A stretch of 31,361 nucleotides of DNA from a virus (Duplodnaviria > Caudoviricetes): positions 1-31,361 of the IMG/VR virus record IMGVR_UViG_3300037309_000002, one strand, 5' to 3'. The notes under the pieces are model-generated. The model made no database searches and had not been told where the DNA came from. It saw nothing but the letters and a program-made list of their open reading frames with translations. How positions within the stretch are numbered: position 1 is the first letter of the stretch; every line of letters starts with the position of its first letter. Of the stretch, positions 16,208 to 26,327 are shown piece after piece. Made by a program: the position numbers and the translations under genes.

Positions 16208-17119
16208 ATGGCCCAAGCCCAAGGCTCTCGTCACTCGGTGTCGTATATGGCGGAATCGTCCTTCGGCGTGACGCCGGGGTCGCCGGATTTCAAGGAGTTC
16301 CGCCACACGTCCTGCACGCTCGCGGTCCAGAAGGACACGTTCGTTTCGAACGAAATCCGCAATGATCGGCAGATCGTCGACATGCGCCACGGCGCGAAAC
16401 GGGCGGGCGGCGATCTCGGCTTCGAACTGTGCTACGGCGCATATGACGATTGGCTGGAAGCCGCGCTGTTCGGCACCTGGACCACGAACGTCCTGAAAGC
16501 TGGCGTCACGGCGCGATCCTTCGTCGTCGAGCGCGCCTTCGCGGACGTGTCCGAGTTCCAGCCGTTCAACGGCGTCATGGTCAACACCATGTCGCTGAAC
16601 ATCCAACCGAACGCGATGGTGACCGGCACCTTCGGGCTGATCGGCACGGGCACCATGGCCCCGGCCTCGTCGTCGGTTGACGCGACAGTCACGGCGGCTG
16701 CGGCGAACGCGCCTTTCGATGGGTTCTCCGGCGCGCTCACCGAGGGCGGCTCGTCTGTCCAGGTCTCGGCCCTGACGCTCGAACTCAACAACAATCTGGC
16801 CCCGGCCTACGCCATCGGCTCGGCAGTCTCACCGCAGATGTTGGCCGGCCGCTCCATCCTGACCGGCTCGGTCTCGGCGTGGTTCGAAACCGAAACGCTT
16901 CTCAACAAATTCCTGAACGAAACCGAAAGCGCGCTGTCTTTGACGCTGAACACGCCGGGCACGGGTAAGGACATCGTCATCGCCATCCCGCGTCTCAAAT
17001 ACACTGGCGCCGGTCTCGACACGACCAACGCGGACGACGGCATTCTGTGCGTGATGCCGTTCCAGGCGCTGCGGGATTCCAGCGCGGCGACGAACATCCA
17101 AATCACAAGGACACCTTAA
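16208..17119 (+). CDS. Major tail (tube) protein
   Basis: YMAESSFGVTP, SNEIRNDRQ and GGDLGFEL; GAGGT RBS; no sheath gene, implying a non-contractile tail. Confidence 0.9.
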   Translation: MAQAQGSRHSVSYMAESSFGVTPGSPDFKEFRHTSCTLAVQKDTFVSNEIRNDRQIVDMRHGAKRAGGDLGFELCYGAYDDWLEAALFGTWTTNVLKAGVTARSFVVERAFADVSEFQPFNGVMVNTMSLNIQPNAMVTGTFGLIGTGTMAPASSSVDATVTAAAANAPFDGFSGALTEGGSSVQVSALTLELNNNLAPAYAIGSAVSPQMLAGRSILTGSVSAWFETETLLNKFLNETESALSLTLNTPGTGKDIVIAIPRLKYTGAGLDTTNADDGILCVMPFQALRDSSAATNIQITRTP

Positions 17120-17520
17120 TGAGCTTTGATCTCGCGACCCTCGACAGCGGCGTGAAGGCCCAAGAAGAGGGCCTGCCCATGCCGCTCCTGCACCCGAAGA
17201 CGGGCGAGCCGACCGGAGTGATCTTGCGCGTGGCGTCCTACGAATCCGAGCGAGTCATGGCGCGGGCGCGGGCGATCGGCAACCGGGTTCGGGCAGAGCG
17301 GGCAAAGCAACCGTTGAAGGCGACCCGCGTCGAACAGGACGAAGACACGATGCGCGCCTTGGCCGTCGCGGCTCTGGTCGGCTGGGAAAATCTCGAACAC
17401 GACAAGAAGCCTTTGCCCTATAGCGAGGCGAACGCCGAGATGATCCTGTCGAAGTACAAATTCATTCAGGATCAGGTCGAAAAGTTCGGGGGCGATCGCT
17501 CCAATTTTTTTACGACCTGA
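17119..17520 (+). CDS. Tail assembly chaperone (gpG-like)
   Basis: ATG overlaps the tube-gene stop; HPKTGEPTG motif; ends DRSNFFTT at a slippery T7 run. Confidence 0.85.
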   Translation: MSFDLATLDSGVKAQEEGLPMPLLHPKTGEPTGVILRVASYESERVMARARAIGNRVRAERAKQPLKATRVEQDEDTMRALAVAALVGWENLEHDKKPLPYSEANAEMILSKYKFIQDQVEKFGGDRSNFFTT

Positions 17521-17846
17521 TCCCGGCCTTGGCGGCGGCCGTGGCCGTCGTCGTGGAGTGGGACACGCCGGATAAGACCGGCGCATCGAAACGCGATCAC
17601 CTGACGCAGGTCAAACGCAGCGCGCCCGAAGTCGACATTCCCCAGCGCGGCTCGCATGTCTGGGCATGGTTCTGGGACCTATCGGCGGCGCGAGGCTCTG
17701 GCGGGTTCGCGCCGAATCCCCTGTCCGCCATGGAAGTCGCGACGTGGGCGGGCCTGATGAAAATCGAACTGCAGGAGTGGGAGTTTAAGGCCTTGCGCGC
17801 CATGGATGCCGCCTTCCTCGCGGCAGTAGCGAAACTCAAGCCGTGA
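17511..17846 (+). CDS. Tail chaperone extension (gpT-like), made by -1 frameshift
   Basis: The -1 frame is open from T TTT TTT (17505-17511) as YDLIPALAAAV...; contains HVWAWFWDLSAARGSG...NPLS and ALRAMDAAFL. Confidence 0.8.
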   Translation, partial: YDLIPALAAAVAVVVEWDTPDKTGASKRDHLTQVKRSAPEVDIPQRGSHVWAWFWDLSAARGSGGFAPNPLSAMEVATWAGLMKIELQEWEFKALRAMDAAFLAAVAKLKP

Positions 17847-19825
17847 CCGATATCGCAACGCTCGGCTTCGCCGTCGACACCGGCGGCCTGGTCAAGGGCG
17901 AAACGCGCCTCAACGAACTGACCGGCGCGGCCAAGCGGGCGGAGGCGGCTGCGCAGGGCGTGGCGGCAAGCGTTAACAATGCTGGGGCGGCAAGCGCACG
18001 CGCCGCGGCTGGCGTTCAGGCGCAAGCGACGGCGATGAACACGCTGGCCACATCGGCCAAGATGGCGGCGTTCCAACAGCGCAACCTCGTATTCCAATTG
18101 AACGACGTGGCCGTTTCTTTGGCGAGCGGCATGAATCCGCTCATGGTCGCGGCTCAACAGGGCTCGCAGATCGCCACAATCTACAGCGCACAGGAAGGCG
18201 GCGTAGCGCGGGCGTTCCAAGAGACCGGCAAGATGGCCCTTGCGGCGGCGTCTGGGCTGGGCCGCTTCATCCTGGCGCATCCTATCGCCACGGCGGGCGT
18301 GCTGGCCTTGGGCGGCGCTCTGCAAGGCATCGTGGGCGATCTTCGAGACGCAGGCCACGAGAGCATCGGCTATGGCGATGTGTTCGTCGCGGCAATGCAG
18401 GTGGCGGCCTCGGGGATCTACAACGTCTTCAAGCCTGCCATCGACTTCCTCGGCCCCTATGTCGGCGCGGCCTGGGACTGGATCGCGGCTAAAACCAAAT
18501 GGCTGGCGAACGGCATCGTCAACACGTTCAGCGCAGGCATCAAGATCGTCGGCACCGTGTTCGGAAATCTGCCAACGATTGCGGGCGCGGCGGCGATCGG
18601 TGCGGCCAATGCCGTCATCGCGGCTATCGAGGCGATGATCAACGGCGCATCGTCGCTGCTGAATTCGTTCTCGAACGAAGTCAATTTGATGCTGCTGACG
18701 GTGCAGTCCGCCACCGGCGTCAACCTCGGCACCATGCCGACAATCGGCAAGGTGGCGTTTGGCAGGCTTGAGAACCCCTATGCGGGGCAGGCGGCCAAGG
18801 TCGCGTCTGACCTCGCGAACAGCCTGGGCGACACGTTCAACCAAGACCCGGTTGGCGAATTCGCCGCCGCCGTTAAAGCCCAGTCGATTGCAAACGACGA
18901 GGCCGAAAGGAAGGCCAAGGGGAAGAAAGGTGGCAAAGGACGCGGCGGACGGGCAGAGCGCACTGCGAGGGATGAGGAAGCCGAAGCCCTAAAGCGCCAA
19001 GCGAAGGCTTACGATGATCTGGTGAAAAGCCAGCAGCGTGCGATCGATATGACGAAGTTGGAGACCGATAGCCTTCACTTGTCGGAAGAGGCCCGGCGTG
19101 CGGTCATGCTCGCGCAAGACTTGCTTAATCGCGCTCAGGACGCGGGGGTGAAACTCACCCAAGATCAGACGAAAGAGTTGCAGAACCTCGCGAAGGAGAC
19201 GGCAGCGGCCGAAGCCGCTCTCGATCAGCGCCGGAAGAAAATCCAGGACGAAAAGGACGCAATGGAATTCCTTCGCGACGTTTCGAAAGGGTTCCTCACC
19301 GACTTGCGCGCTGGCCTGGTGGCCGGTGGAAACGCTTGGGATGCGTTCGCGAATGCAGCTGTCAAGGCGCTAAATCGCATCTTGGACCGCATGGCTGACG
19401 AGATGTTCGAGAAGCTCCTCGATGGAATCTTCGGGCCTGGTCCTGGCGGTCCTGCACGTTCGCCAGTCTCCGACTTGGTTAGCAGCATATTCCAATCGTT
19501 CGACTCGGGCGGCTACACCGGCAACGCACCGCGCACGGCTGTCGCTGGCGTCGTCCACGGCGGCGAATACGTGGTGAACGCACAGAATACCGCGCGCTTC
19601 CGGCCCCAACTCGAACAGATGAACCGGGGGCAGAACCCGTGGGCCGATCAAGGCCGCGCGCCTATGGGCGGTAACATCATGGTCAGCGGCGAGTTCAAGG
19701 TGGTGAACGGAAACATCGTGCCGACGATTGCGGCCGTGTCCGGCCAGATCGCGGGCCAACAAGTGCGCCAAGCCAACCGCGGGTTCCAAGGCCGGGCCAA
19801 TGAGATCAACGCGAGGGGCGTATGA
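17843..19825 (+). CDS. Tail tape measure protein
   Basis: 660 aa, Ala-rich; QLNDVAVSLASGMNPLMVAAQQGSQI and C-terminal FDSGGYTG...GVVHGGEYV. Confidence 0.95.
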   Translation: MTDIATLGFAVDTGGLVKGETRLNELTGAAKRAEAAAQGVAASVNNAGAASARAAAGVQAQATAMNTLATSAKMAAFQQRNLVFQLNDVAVSLASGMNPLMVAAQQGSQIATIYSAQEGGVARAFQETGKMALAAASGLGRFILAHPIATAGVLALGGALQGIVGDLRDAGHESIGYGDVFVAAMQVAASGIYNVFKPAIDFLGPYVGAAWDWIAAKTKWLANGIVNTFSAGIKIVGTVFGNLPTIAGAAAIGAANAVIAAIEAMINGASSLLNSFSNEVNLMLLTVQSATGVNLGTMPTIGKVAFGRLENPYAGQAAKVASDLANSLGDTFNQDPVGEFAAAVKAQSIANDEAERKAKGKKGGKGRGGRAERTARDEEAEALKRQAKAYDDLVKSQQRAIDMTKLETDSLHLSEEARRAVMLAQDLLNRAQDAGVKLTQDQTKELQNLAKETAAAEAALDQRRKKIQDEKDAMEFLRDVSKGFLTDLRAGLVAGGNAWDAFANAAVKALNRILDRMADEMFEKLLDGIFGPGPGGPARSPVSDLVSSIFQSFDSGGYTGNAPRTAVAGVVHGGEYVVNAQNTARFRPQLEQMNRGQNPWADQGRAPMGGNIMVSGEFKVVNGNIVPTIAAVSGQIAGQQVRQANRGFQGRANEINARGV

Positions 19826-20496
19826 TCCGCACCGTCGTCGACTTTCCGGCCAATCTCGCGCGCTGGACCGTCTACAACCTCGAACTGAATGTCCGGGGCC
19901 GCAGCGGCGGCGATGCGACGGACGGTTCGGGCCAAGTGGTTCTCGGCGTTCAACCGCGCTGGGAAGCGATGCTGGCGCTCGAATTGCTGGACGCATCCCA
20001 GGTCAAAACCTGGCGCTCCTTCATCTCAAAAATGAAGGGCCGCGTGAATGTCATGCGGCTCGCAATCAACGACCCGCTGCAACTGAGCCTCAGCGATTGG
20101 GGCGTGACCAACCCGGTCTCGCCGTTCTCGGATGGCTCGCTCTTCTCGGACGGGGCCGGATGGGCGACAGAGCCCATGCTGACCGGCGTCACGGCGGCGG
20201 CGGGGTCCAACACCTTCACGGTAAATGCAGGACCTCTCAACGACGCCCTCGGGCCGGGTCAGTATTTCAGCGTCAACGACTGGCTCTATCGCGTGACGGG
20301 CATCTACGGCACGCCCACGGCCCGGCAATACACCTTCGAGCCAGCCTTGCGCCGCGCCATCGTCTCGACCGACGCAATCAAGGCTTGGGCGACCTGCCAA
20401 TTTGCGCTCGCGACGGATATGGACGCGGCCCCGCGGATGGAAAGCATCGTCTATTCGAAGGTCGAGCTTCAGTTGGTTGAGAACATCAATCGATGA
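19822..20496 (+). CDS. Distal tail protein (putative)
   Basis: Follows the tape measure gene; PFSDGSLFSDGAGW and TFEPALR motifs. Confidence 0.7.
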   Translation: MIRTVVDFPANLARWTVYNLELNVRGRSGGDATDGSGQVVLGVQPRWEAMLALELLDASQVKTWRSFISKMKGRVNVMRLAINDPLQLSLSDWGVTNPVSPFSDGSLFSDGAGWATEPMLTGVTAAAGSNTFTVNAGPLNDALGPGQYFSVNDWLYRVTGIYGTPTARQYTFEPALRRAIVSTDAIKAWATCQFALATDMDAAPRMESIVYSKVELQLVENINR

Positions 20497-21077
20497 GCAT
20501 CCCGGATACCTGGGACCTCAGCGCCGAAGTCGTCGGGCTTTTGCTTCTCGCCGAACTCGACTGCGACGGCGTGACCGTCCGGTTCATTCTCAACGACGAG
20601 GGGTTCTTTACCGACACGAACGGCAACCAGTGGATGGGCTCGAAGTTGCTCTCGATGTCCGAACTGGCCTTCCCGGTCAATGGCGAGGCCCCGCTGACGA
20701 CGCTGACGTTCTCCTACACCTTCGATGCCGACGTGACCGACGTGGTCTCCACGGCGCGCTCTGAGGGCGCAGCGGCGATCAAGGGACGGCCCGCGCGGTT
20801 CTATCTCCAATACATCGGCCAGACGGGCGAAATGTTCGCGCCGGTCCATGCGCCGCTCCAAATCTCCAAGCGCACCATGCGCTCTCTGGAATACATGCTG
20901 GACGGGCCGCAAAGCCGCGCGCTCTCGGTCAAGATCGAGTCGCCCTTCGAGGGAAGGTCCAAACCCGTCAACGGCAAATACACCGACGCGGATCAAAGGC
21001 GGCGATTCCCTGGCAATCCCTCGCTGGAATTTATGCCGACCAACAATTCCGATGACCAACAACTGTTCGGCCTCTGA
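20493..21077 (+). CDS. Tail tip/minor tail protein
   Basis: Position in the tail module; C-terminal YTDADQRRRFPGNPSLEF. Confidence 0.7.
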   Translation: MSIPDTWDLSAEVVGLLLLAELDCDGVTVRFILNDEGFFTDTNGNQWMGSKLLSMSELAFPVNGEAPLTTLTFSYTFDADVTDVVSTARSEGAAAIKGRPARFYLQYIGQTGEMFAPVHAPLQISKRTMRSLEYMLDGPQSRALSVKIESPFEGRSKPVNGKYTDADQRRRFPGNPSLEFMPTNNSDDQQLFGL

Positions 21078-21486
21078 CGACTTGGTCAAGCGCACGCTTC
21101 GGCTTTGGGCGCGGACGCGGTTCGAGTGGGGCGTTTCCGACTGCATGTTGGCTGTCGCGGACTACGTGAACGCGATCGTCGGCGGCGACTGCGCGGCGCG
21201 GTATCGCGGCAAATACAAGACGGCCCGGCAGTGCATGAGGGTATCGCGGTTTCACGAAGACGCGGTGAGGCCCATGCGGCTTTGTTTCGGCGGCGCGGGG
21301 TTGAGCGAGACCAATGCGCCGAAGCGCGGCGACGTTGGCGTGATTGAAATCCTTTCAGATCGGGGGGCGGTAATGAACGGCGGCATCTGCCTCGGCGATC
21401 AATGGGCCATCCGCGCCGAAACCGGCGTCATCATCACGAGGCCCTTGCGCGTTGTCGCGGCCTGGAATGTGCCTTGCCCGCAGTAG
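21052..21486 (+). CDS. Tail-tip NlpC/P60-like protein (DUF6950-like); start uncertain
   Basis: FEWGVSDCML and PKRGDVG motifs; lies between tail-tip genes. Confidence 0.75.
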   Translation: MTNNCSASDDLVKRTLRLWARTRFEWGVSDCMLAVADYVNAIVGGDCAARYRGKYKTARQCMRVSRFHEDAVRPMRLCFGGAGLSETNAPKRGDVGVIEILSDRGAVMNGGICLGDQWAIRAETGVIITRPLRVVAAWNVPCPQ

Positions 21487-23594
21487 TCGCGGCCATCTGG
21501 GCTGTCGCTCAAGTTGCTTGGTCCTACGCTGTCGCAGCCGTCACGTGGGCGGGAACCGCGCTTGCGGGTAATGCCTTCGGCGGCGGCATCTGGGGCGCGC
21601 TCACGGCGGCGGTCGCCAACACGGCGCTGTCGATCGGCATCAACGCGCTTCTGTCGTCGTCGCAGAGCCGAAACCCTGGCCCGTCGCCATCGGAGAAGAT
21701 GGTCAACCGGCGCCAGGCCACGCAAAGCCGCACGAAGTCATACGGGCGCGTGCGCGTCGGGCAGACAGTGTTCTTCTGGGCGGCGAAAGCGGGCAAGCGC
21801 TACTACGGCGTGATCCTGAACACGGGCGAAATTCACCAGATCGTCACCCGCTATCTGGACGAGCGCGAGGTGACGCTGAACGGCAGCGGCTTCGTGCAGG
21901 AGTTCGAGTTCTTCGACGACGCGCGGTCGCGGGTTCAGATCCAAGAGTTCCTCGGCGCATCGGGGCAAGCCTCGCCCTCGCTGCTGAATGCGAATTTCAC
22001 GGAATGGACCGACGCGCACGATATGGCCGGGATGGCCGGCGCAGTCATCGTCGCCGAAAATTGCTCGGCCGAGAACTTCGCCACGGTCTATCCCAGCGGG
22101 CGCGAGCCGAACTACACGGCGGTCTTCGACGGCACCAAATGCTACGACCCGCGAACGGCGACGACGGTGTTCACCAAGAACGCCGCGCTGATCCTTGCGG
22201 ACTGGATCACGTCAGAGGATGGGCTGAACCGCGAGGTCGATTGGATCGTCGTTTCGGCGCAGGCCGACATCTGCGACCAGAACGTGACCAACCGCGAAGG
22301 CGCGACTATCAAGCGGTGGGAACTCTGCGGCACCTACTCTTACGACCAAGAGCGCGAATCCGTCCGCGCGGCGATGGGGATCGCGTGCGATGCGTTCTTC
22401 TTCGAGAGCGACGACGGCAAGGTCGGCTTCTATGTCGGCGGATGGCAGACCCCAGATGTCACCATCAAGGCGAGCGATTGCCGGAACATCCGGCTGATCG
22501 AGGGCCAGGAAGGCCCGTCTACGGTCAACGGCTACACCGTCACCTACACCGAGCCTCTGATCGGCTATCGCGAGCAAGAGAGCGCGGCTTATCAAATCGA
22601 CGACGGACAGGCCGAAGAGGTGCTGTCGGCGTCGATCCTGTGGGCACCGAACCATAACCAGGCCGTGCGCCTTGCCAAGCGCATCTTGCTCAATGCCCGT
22701 GCCGAATTCCGCGTCTCTCTAACGCTGAAATTAAGCGGCTGGAAGTTGCGCAAGAAGCGGTTCTTTTTGTTTACGCACGCCGAACTTGGCTTCGACGCCG
22801 TCCCGTTCGAGATTTCCAGCTTCAAGCTTTCCGAAGATGGCCTGTCGATCCAAGTCGAGGCGCGTTCGGTCGCGCAAAGCGACTTCAATTTCGACGCCAG
22901 CACGGAAGAACCGGCCCGCCCACGGAACATCGAGATCGAAGGTTCGAGCGCCGTGGATGCGCCGACCGGCCTCGCCCTGACCAACGTCGTCAACGCGGGA
23001 ACGGTGGCGATCAAGGCCACATGGGACGCGCCGTCGAACGACACGCTGATGCACGATATTCGCTATCGTGTGAGCCCGTCTGGCGATTGGTTTCAGGTCC
23101 CGGTCCCGCAGCGCCAGTATTACCAGTTCACGCCGTCGCTTTCGTCTGGCGTCACCTATGAAGTTCAGGTCCGCGCCAAGCGCCAGACCGGCTACCCATC
23201 GGCCTGGTCAACCGGCGTCACGATCACGACCAGCCTCGGCATCGGCGCACCGTCTGCCCCGTCTGCGTTCACGGCTGTCGATTCCAGCGGCACCGTCACG
23301 CTTCAGGCGACGGCGCCGAACCATCCAAACCACCGCGCCCTGCGGTTCTGGCGGAACTCGTCGGCGTCCTTCGCTGGCGCGACTGACCTCGGCGCGATCT
23401 ACGGCGCCGCCAATTCCGTTGGGACAACGACGAACAGCCCAGGTGGCGGCACTTGGTACTACTACGTGACCTCTGAATTCGACGCATCGGCGCGTTCCTC
23501 AGCCGTAGGACCGCAGTCCGTCACCGTCGCTGGCGGAAGCGATCAACTCGACTTCTCGCAGCCGAACAATTCGCAATACCTGCCCCTGATCTAG
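21474..23594 (+). CDS. Central tail/hub protein (gpJ-like) with C-terminal FN3-like domains
   Basis: Probable TTG start (MPAVVAAIW); YGRVRVG, KCYDPR and NAALILADW; FN3-like APTGL...ATWDAP...LSSGVTYEVQVRA. Confidence 0.85.
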   Translation: MPAVVAAIWAVAQVAWSYAVAAVTWAGTALAGNAFGGGIWGALTAAVANTALSIGINALLSSSQSRNPGPSPSEKMVNRRQATQSRTKSYGRVRVGQTVFFWAAKAGKRYYGVILNTGEIHQIVTRYLDEREVTLNGSGFVQEFEFFDDARSRVQIQEFLGASGQASPSLLNANFTEWTDAHDMAGMAGAVIVAENCSAENFATVYPSGREPNYTAVFDGTKCYDPRTATTVFTKNAALILADWITSEDGLNREVDWIVVSAQADICDQNVTNREGATIKRWELCGTYSYDQERESVRAAMGIACDAFFFESDDGKVGFYVGGWQTPDVTIKASDCRNIRLIEGQEGPSTVNGYTVTYTEPLIGYREQESAAYQIDDGQAEEVLSASILWAPNHNQAVRLAKRILLNARAEFRVSLTLKLSGWKLRKKRFFLFTHAELGFDAVPFEISSFKLSEDGLSIQVEARSVAQSDFNFDASTEEPARPRNIEIEGSSAVDAPTGLALTNVVNAGTVAIKATWDAPSNDTLMHDIRYRVSPSGDWFQVPVPQRQYYQFTPSLSSGVTYEVQVRAKRQTGYPSAWSTGVTITTSLGIGAPSAPSAFTAVDSSGTVTLQATAPNHPNHRALRFWRNSSASFAGATDLGAIYGAANSVGTTTNSPGGGTWYYYVTSEFDASARSSAVGPQSVTVAGGSDQLDFSQPNNSQYLPLI

Positions 23595-23606
23595 GAACAT
23601 CACCCC

Positions 23607-26315
23607 ATGACGACCGATCCGAACGTCGCCTTGCGCGACTACGCGACCGATGGCGTGCCGTCGAGCGGCGTGCATCAACCGCTCAAGTCGGATTTGCGCG
23701 AAATTCTCATCTATCACAAATCGCTGATCGACTCCGGTGCCGTTGGTGGGAAAATCTACGCCAGCAAGGCGGCGATGGACGCGGATTTGACGCCCGCCGC
23801 AAATACATCCGCGATCATCATCGAGGACGCGACGCCTGCGAACGATGGCTTTTATCGCAAAGTGGGCGGCACGGGCACTGGGTCTTGGACTAAGGTTTCA
23901 AGCGCGGTGCCCGGTTTTCAATACATCCGCGCGGTCAACGCAGGCGCAGGCACGGCCAACGCCATCGTCGCGACGTCGGCACTGCCGATTCCAACCGACG
24001 CCCATGCGGCGCTGATTTTGCTTAACATCACCGTCGCCAACACGAGCACGGTCACGCTGGCGATCAACGGCGAGACGGCGAAGGGCCTGAAATCGTCCAG
24101 CGGCGGCGATCTCGACGGCGGCGCGCTGATCGCGGGCCAAGTCCTGCTTGTCAGCTATGACGGCACGAACTATCGCATCACGGACAATTTCTCGCCGGAA
24201 CTGTCAGCTCAAATTGCGCAGGCAGTGGCCGCGGCCGAGCGCGCCGAACTGGCCGAGTTGAACGCCGAAACCGCCCAATCTGCGACGGCGGCGGATCGCG
24301 CCATCGTCGTCACGGCCACGCAGGAAGTGACCGGCAACCCGCTGCCAATGTTCACCGGCACCGCCGGGTTCTTGGTCGACCTCACGGATGGTACGACGGC
24401 GTTCTCGAACACGGCGCGCTCGGCGGCGGCGACCGTCGGCGGCGTGGTCAAGGGCGTCACCGACCTTGGCCCGAACGGGCGGCACTTCACGCAGTCGGTC
24501 GACGCTAACGCGCCACTTCTGAAACGAGACGCGCAGGGCCTTTACTGCCTGGACTTCGCGCAGGTGGCCGGCGTGAACAAATGGCTGTCGAACGCCGCAG
24601 GCGGGCAGTCCGACGCGTTTTTCTATTTGGTCGCGGTTCGCGTCAACCAAGTGGCGACGGTGTTGCCAATCTTGAGCAATCGTTCTGGGACCAATGTCGG
24701 CTCAGAATTGGCTGTCCAATCGAGCGCCCGCGCGCTCGTCTATACCGGCTCGACTTCGACCTTCGACGTTCCGGCGTTCCCAGCCCGCACCATGGCGGCC
24801 AACACGCCCGGGGAATTCGCGATCATCGGCGCGAACTACGACGGCGACACGCTGTTCACGTCCATCGACGACGAAATCTCGACTGGCACCTCGTCGCCGA
24901 CGCACGCGACAAACGCGACGGCCGGCACATTCCTGGGCCGCACGAAATCGACCAATTCCACGACGAGCTTCAACGGCGATCTCTATATGGCGATGGCGAT
25001 CGAGCGCACCGCCACGCATGACGAATGGTTGCGGGCCGTCGCCTATTTCCAGAAGCGCTGCAAGGCACACGGCCTCAGCGTCGGCGCGCTGTCGTTCGCT
25101 CGGCAACAGATCGAGGCGCGCGCGGCAGACGTCGATATTCTGATAATCTCCGACAGCCTCATGGATGCGCGGGACGAAGGCGGGTTCCGCATCGCGCAGG
25201 CGATCCAGCGCCGCTACCCGCTGCACACGGTCACGTATCGCACCTTCGACGAGGCGGGCAACGCCTGGCAGACTGCCGCCACGCTGCAGACCGGCACATC
25301 TGGCCGCACGATCCGCATTCACAATTCAGCGCGCTCTTTGTCGATGCCGCAGCGCATGATGGCGGACCGATATGCAAACGTCGTGACCGGCCTGCCGGGT
25401 TGCACGCTTGTCCTGTGGAATCACGGAAAAAACATCTCGACGCCCAATCGGTTCGACTGCGAAATCCGTGGCGAATTTATGGGGCCGATGGAGCAGGTAA
25501 GGTTGACCTGGCCGAACGCGCGCCACGCGGTTTTCTATCAGCCCCCAAACCGCGACGACGACAACATGAACCCAATCTACACGGCGATCCGCAACATCGC
25601 CACGCAGCGCGGATCGACGCGGATCATCGACGTTCGGAAGGAGTTCGAGGCGGCGAACCTGTCGCCCGCGCTCTACACCGACAATCTTCATCCAAACAAA
25701 GCCGGATCGCGGCTTTACGCGCGCGCGTTCGAGAAAGAATGGGACCTGGCAAGCGTCGTCGCCGATGCAGCCGTGACATCGACGCTCTCGGTCACGGCGA
25801 CGAACAGGCTGCTGAACGGCGACTTTCAGACATGGTCCGGCGCGGTTCCTGACAACTGGACCGCGGTTGGATCGCCAACCATTCTGAAAGACACCGGCAA
25901 CATCGACAGCGCCTTTGGCGGCGCGCATTCGCTCAAAATCACCAACGCTGGCGGCGCGATTGGATACGTGACGCAAACCGTCAGCGCGGGCAATTTGACA
26001 TCGCTCAAGACTGCGGGGTTCGCATCTCTGCACAGCCGCGTTTATGAGACTTTGGGCGACGCTAACACGGGCCGAGTAGACGTGATCGTGACGGCAGCTA
26101 GTCTGTCCGGCGGCTCGGCGACCTATCGCACTTACAACAGCGGCGACCAAGGCGGCGCCTGGCGATCGCAAGTCATCGCGGGCATCCCGATCCCCAGCGA
26201 TGCCACGGCCGTCGAGGTCCGCGCCTATGCGACTGGAACGACTGTCACCGGCGACATCGCCAGCTTTAGCGAAATGGTTCTTTGCGACGGCCATTTGCCG
26301 CGCACGATGGCGTAG
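23607..26315 (+). CDS. Tailspike/receptor-binding protein with LamG-like, SGNH esterase and CBM-like domains
   Basis: N-terminal anchor RDYATDGVPSSGVHQPLKSDLR; LamG-like region about 24340-25060; SGNH blocks ISDS, HGKN and DNLHP; C-terminal NRLLNGDFQTW...PDNW beta-sandwich. Confidence 0.8.
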   Translation: MTTDPNVALRDYATDGVPSSGVHQPLKSDLREILIYHKSLIDSGAVGGKIYASKAAMDADLTPAANTSAIIIEDATPANDGFYRKVGGTGTGSWTKVSSAVPGFQYIRAVNAGAGTANAIVATSALPIPTDAHAALILLNITVANTSTVTLAINGETAKGLKSSSGGDLDGGALIAGQVLLVSYDGTNYRITDNFSPELSAQIAQAVAAAERAELAELNAETAQSATAADRAIVVTATQEVTGNPLPMFTGTAGFLVDLTDGTTAFSNTARSAAATVGGVVKGVTDLGPNGRHFTQSVDANAPLLKRDAQGLYCLDFAQVAGVNKWLSNAAGGQSDAFFYLVAVRVNQVATVLPILSNRSGTNVGSELAVQSSARALVYTGSTSTFDVPAFPARTMAANTPGEFAIIGANYDGDTLFTSIDDEISTGTSSPTHATNATAGTFLGRTKSTNSTTSFNGDLYMAMAIERTATHDEWLRAVAYFQKRCKAHGLSVGALSFARQQIEARAADVDILIISDSLMDARDEGGFRIAQAIQRRYPLHTVTYRTFDEAGNAWQTAATLQTGTSGRTIRIHNSARSLSMPQRMMADRYANVVTGLPGCTLVLWNHGKNISTPNRFDCEIRGEFMGPMEQVRLTWPNARHAVFYQPPNRDDDNMNPIYTAIRNIATQRGSTRIIDVRKEFEAANLSPALYTDNLHPNKAGSRLYARAFEKEWDLASVVADAAVTSTLSVTATNRLLNGDFQTWSGAVPDNWTAVGSPTILKDTGNIDSAFGGAHSLKITNAGGAIGYVTQTVSAGNLTSLKTAGFASLHSRVYETLGDANTGRVDVIVTAASLSGGSATYRTYNSGDQGGAWRSQVIAGIPIPSDATAVEVRAYATGTTVTGDIASFSEMVLCDGHLPRTMA

Positions 26316-26327
26316 GGGTAAGAACAC

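Noticed and set aside
17597-18844. 415-aa antisense ORF over the tape measure gene
   Set aside because: Arg-rich shadow frame opposite a clear structural gene.
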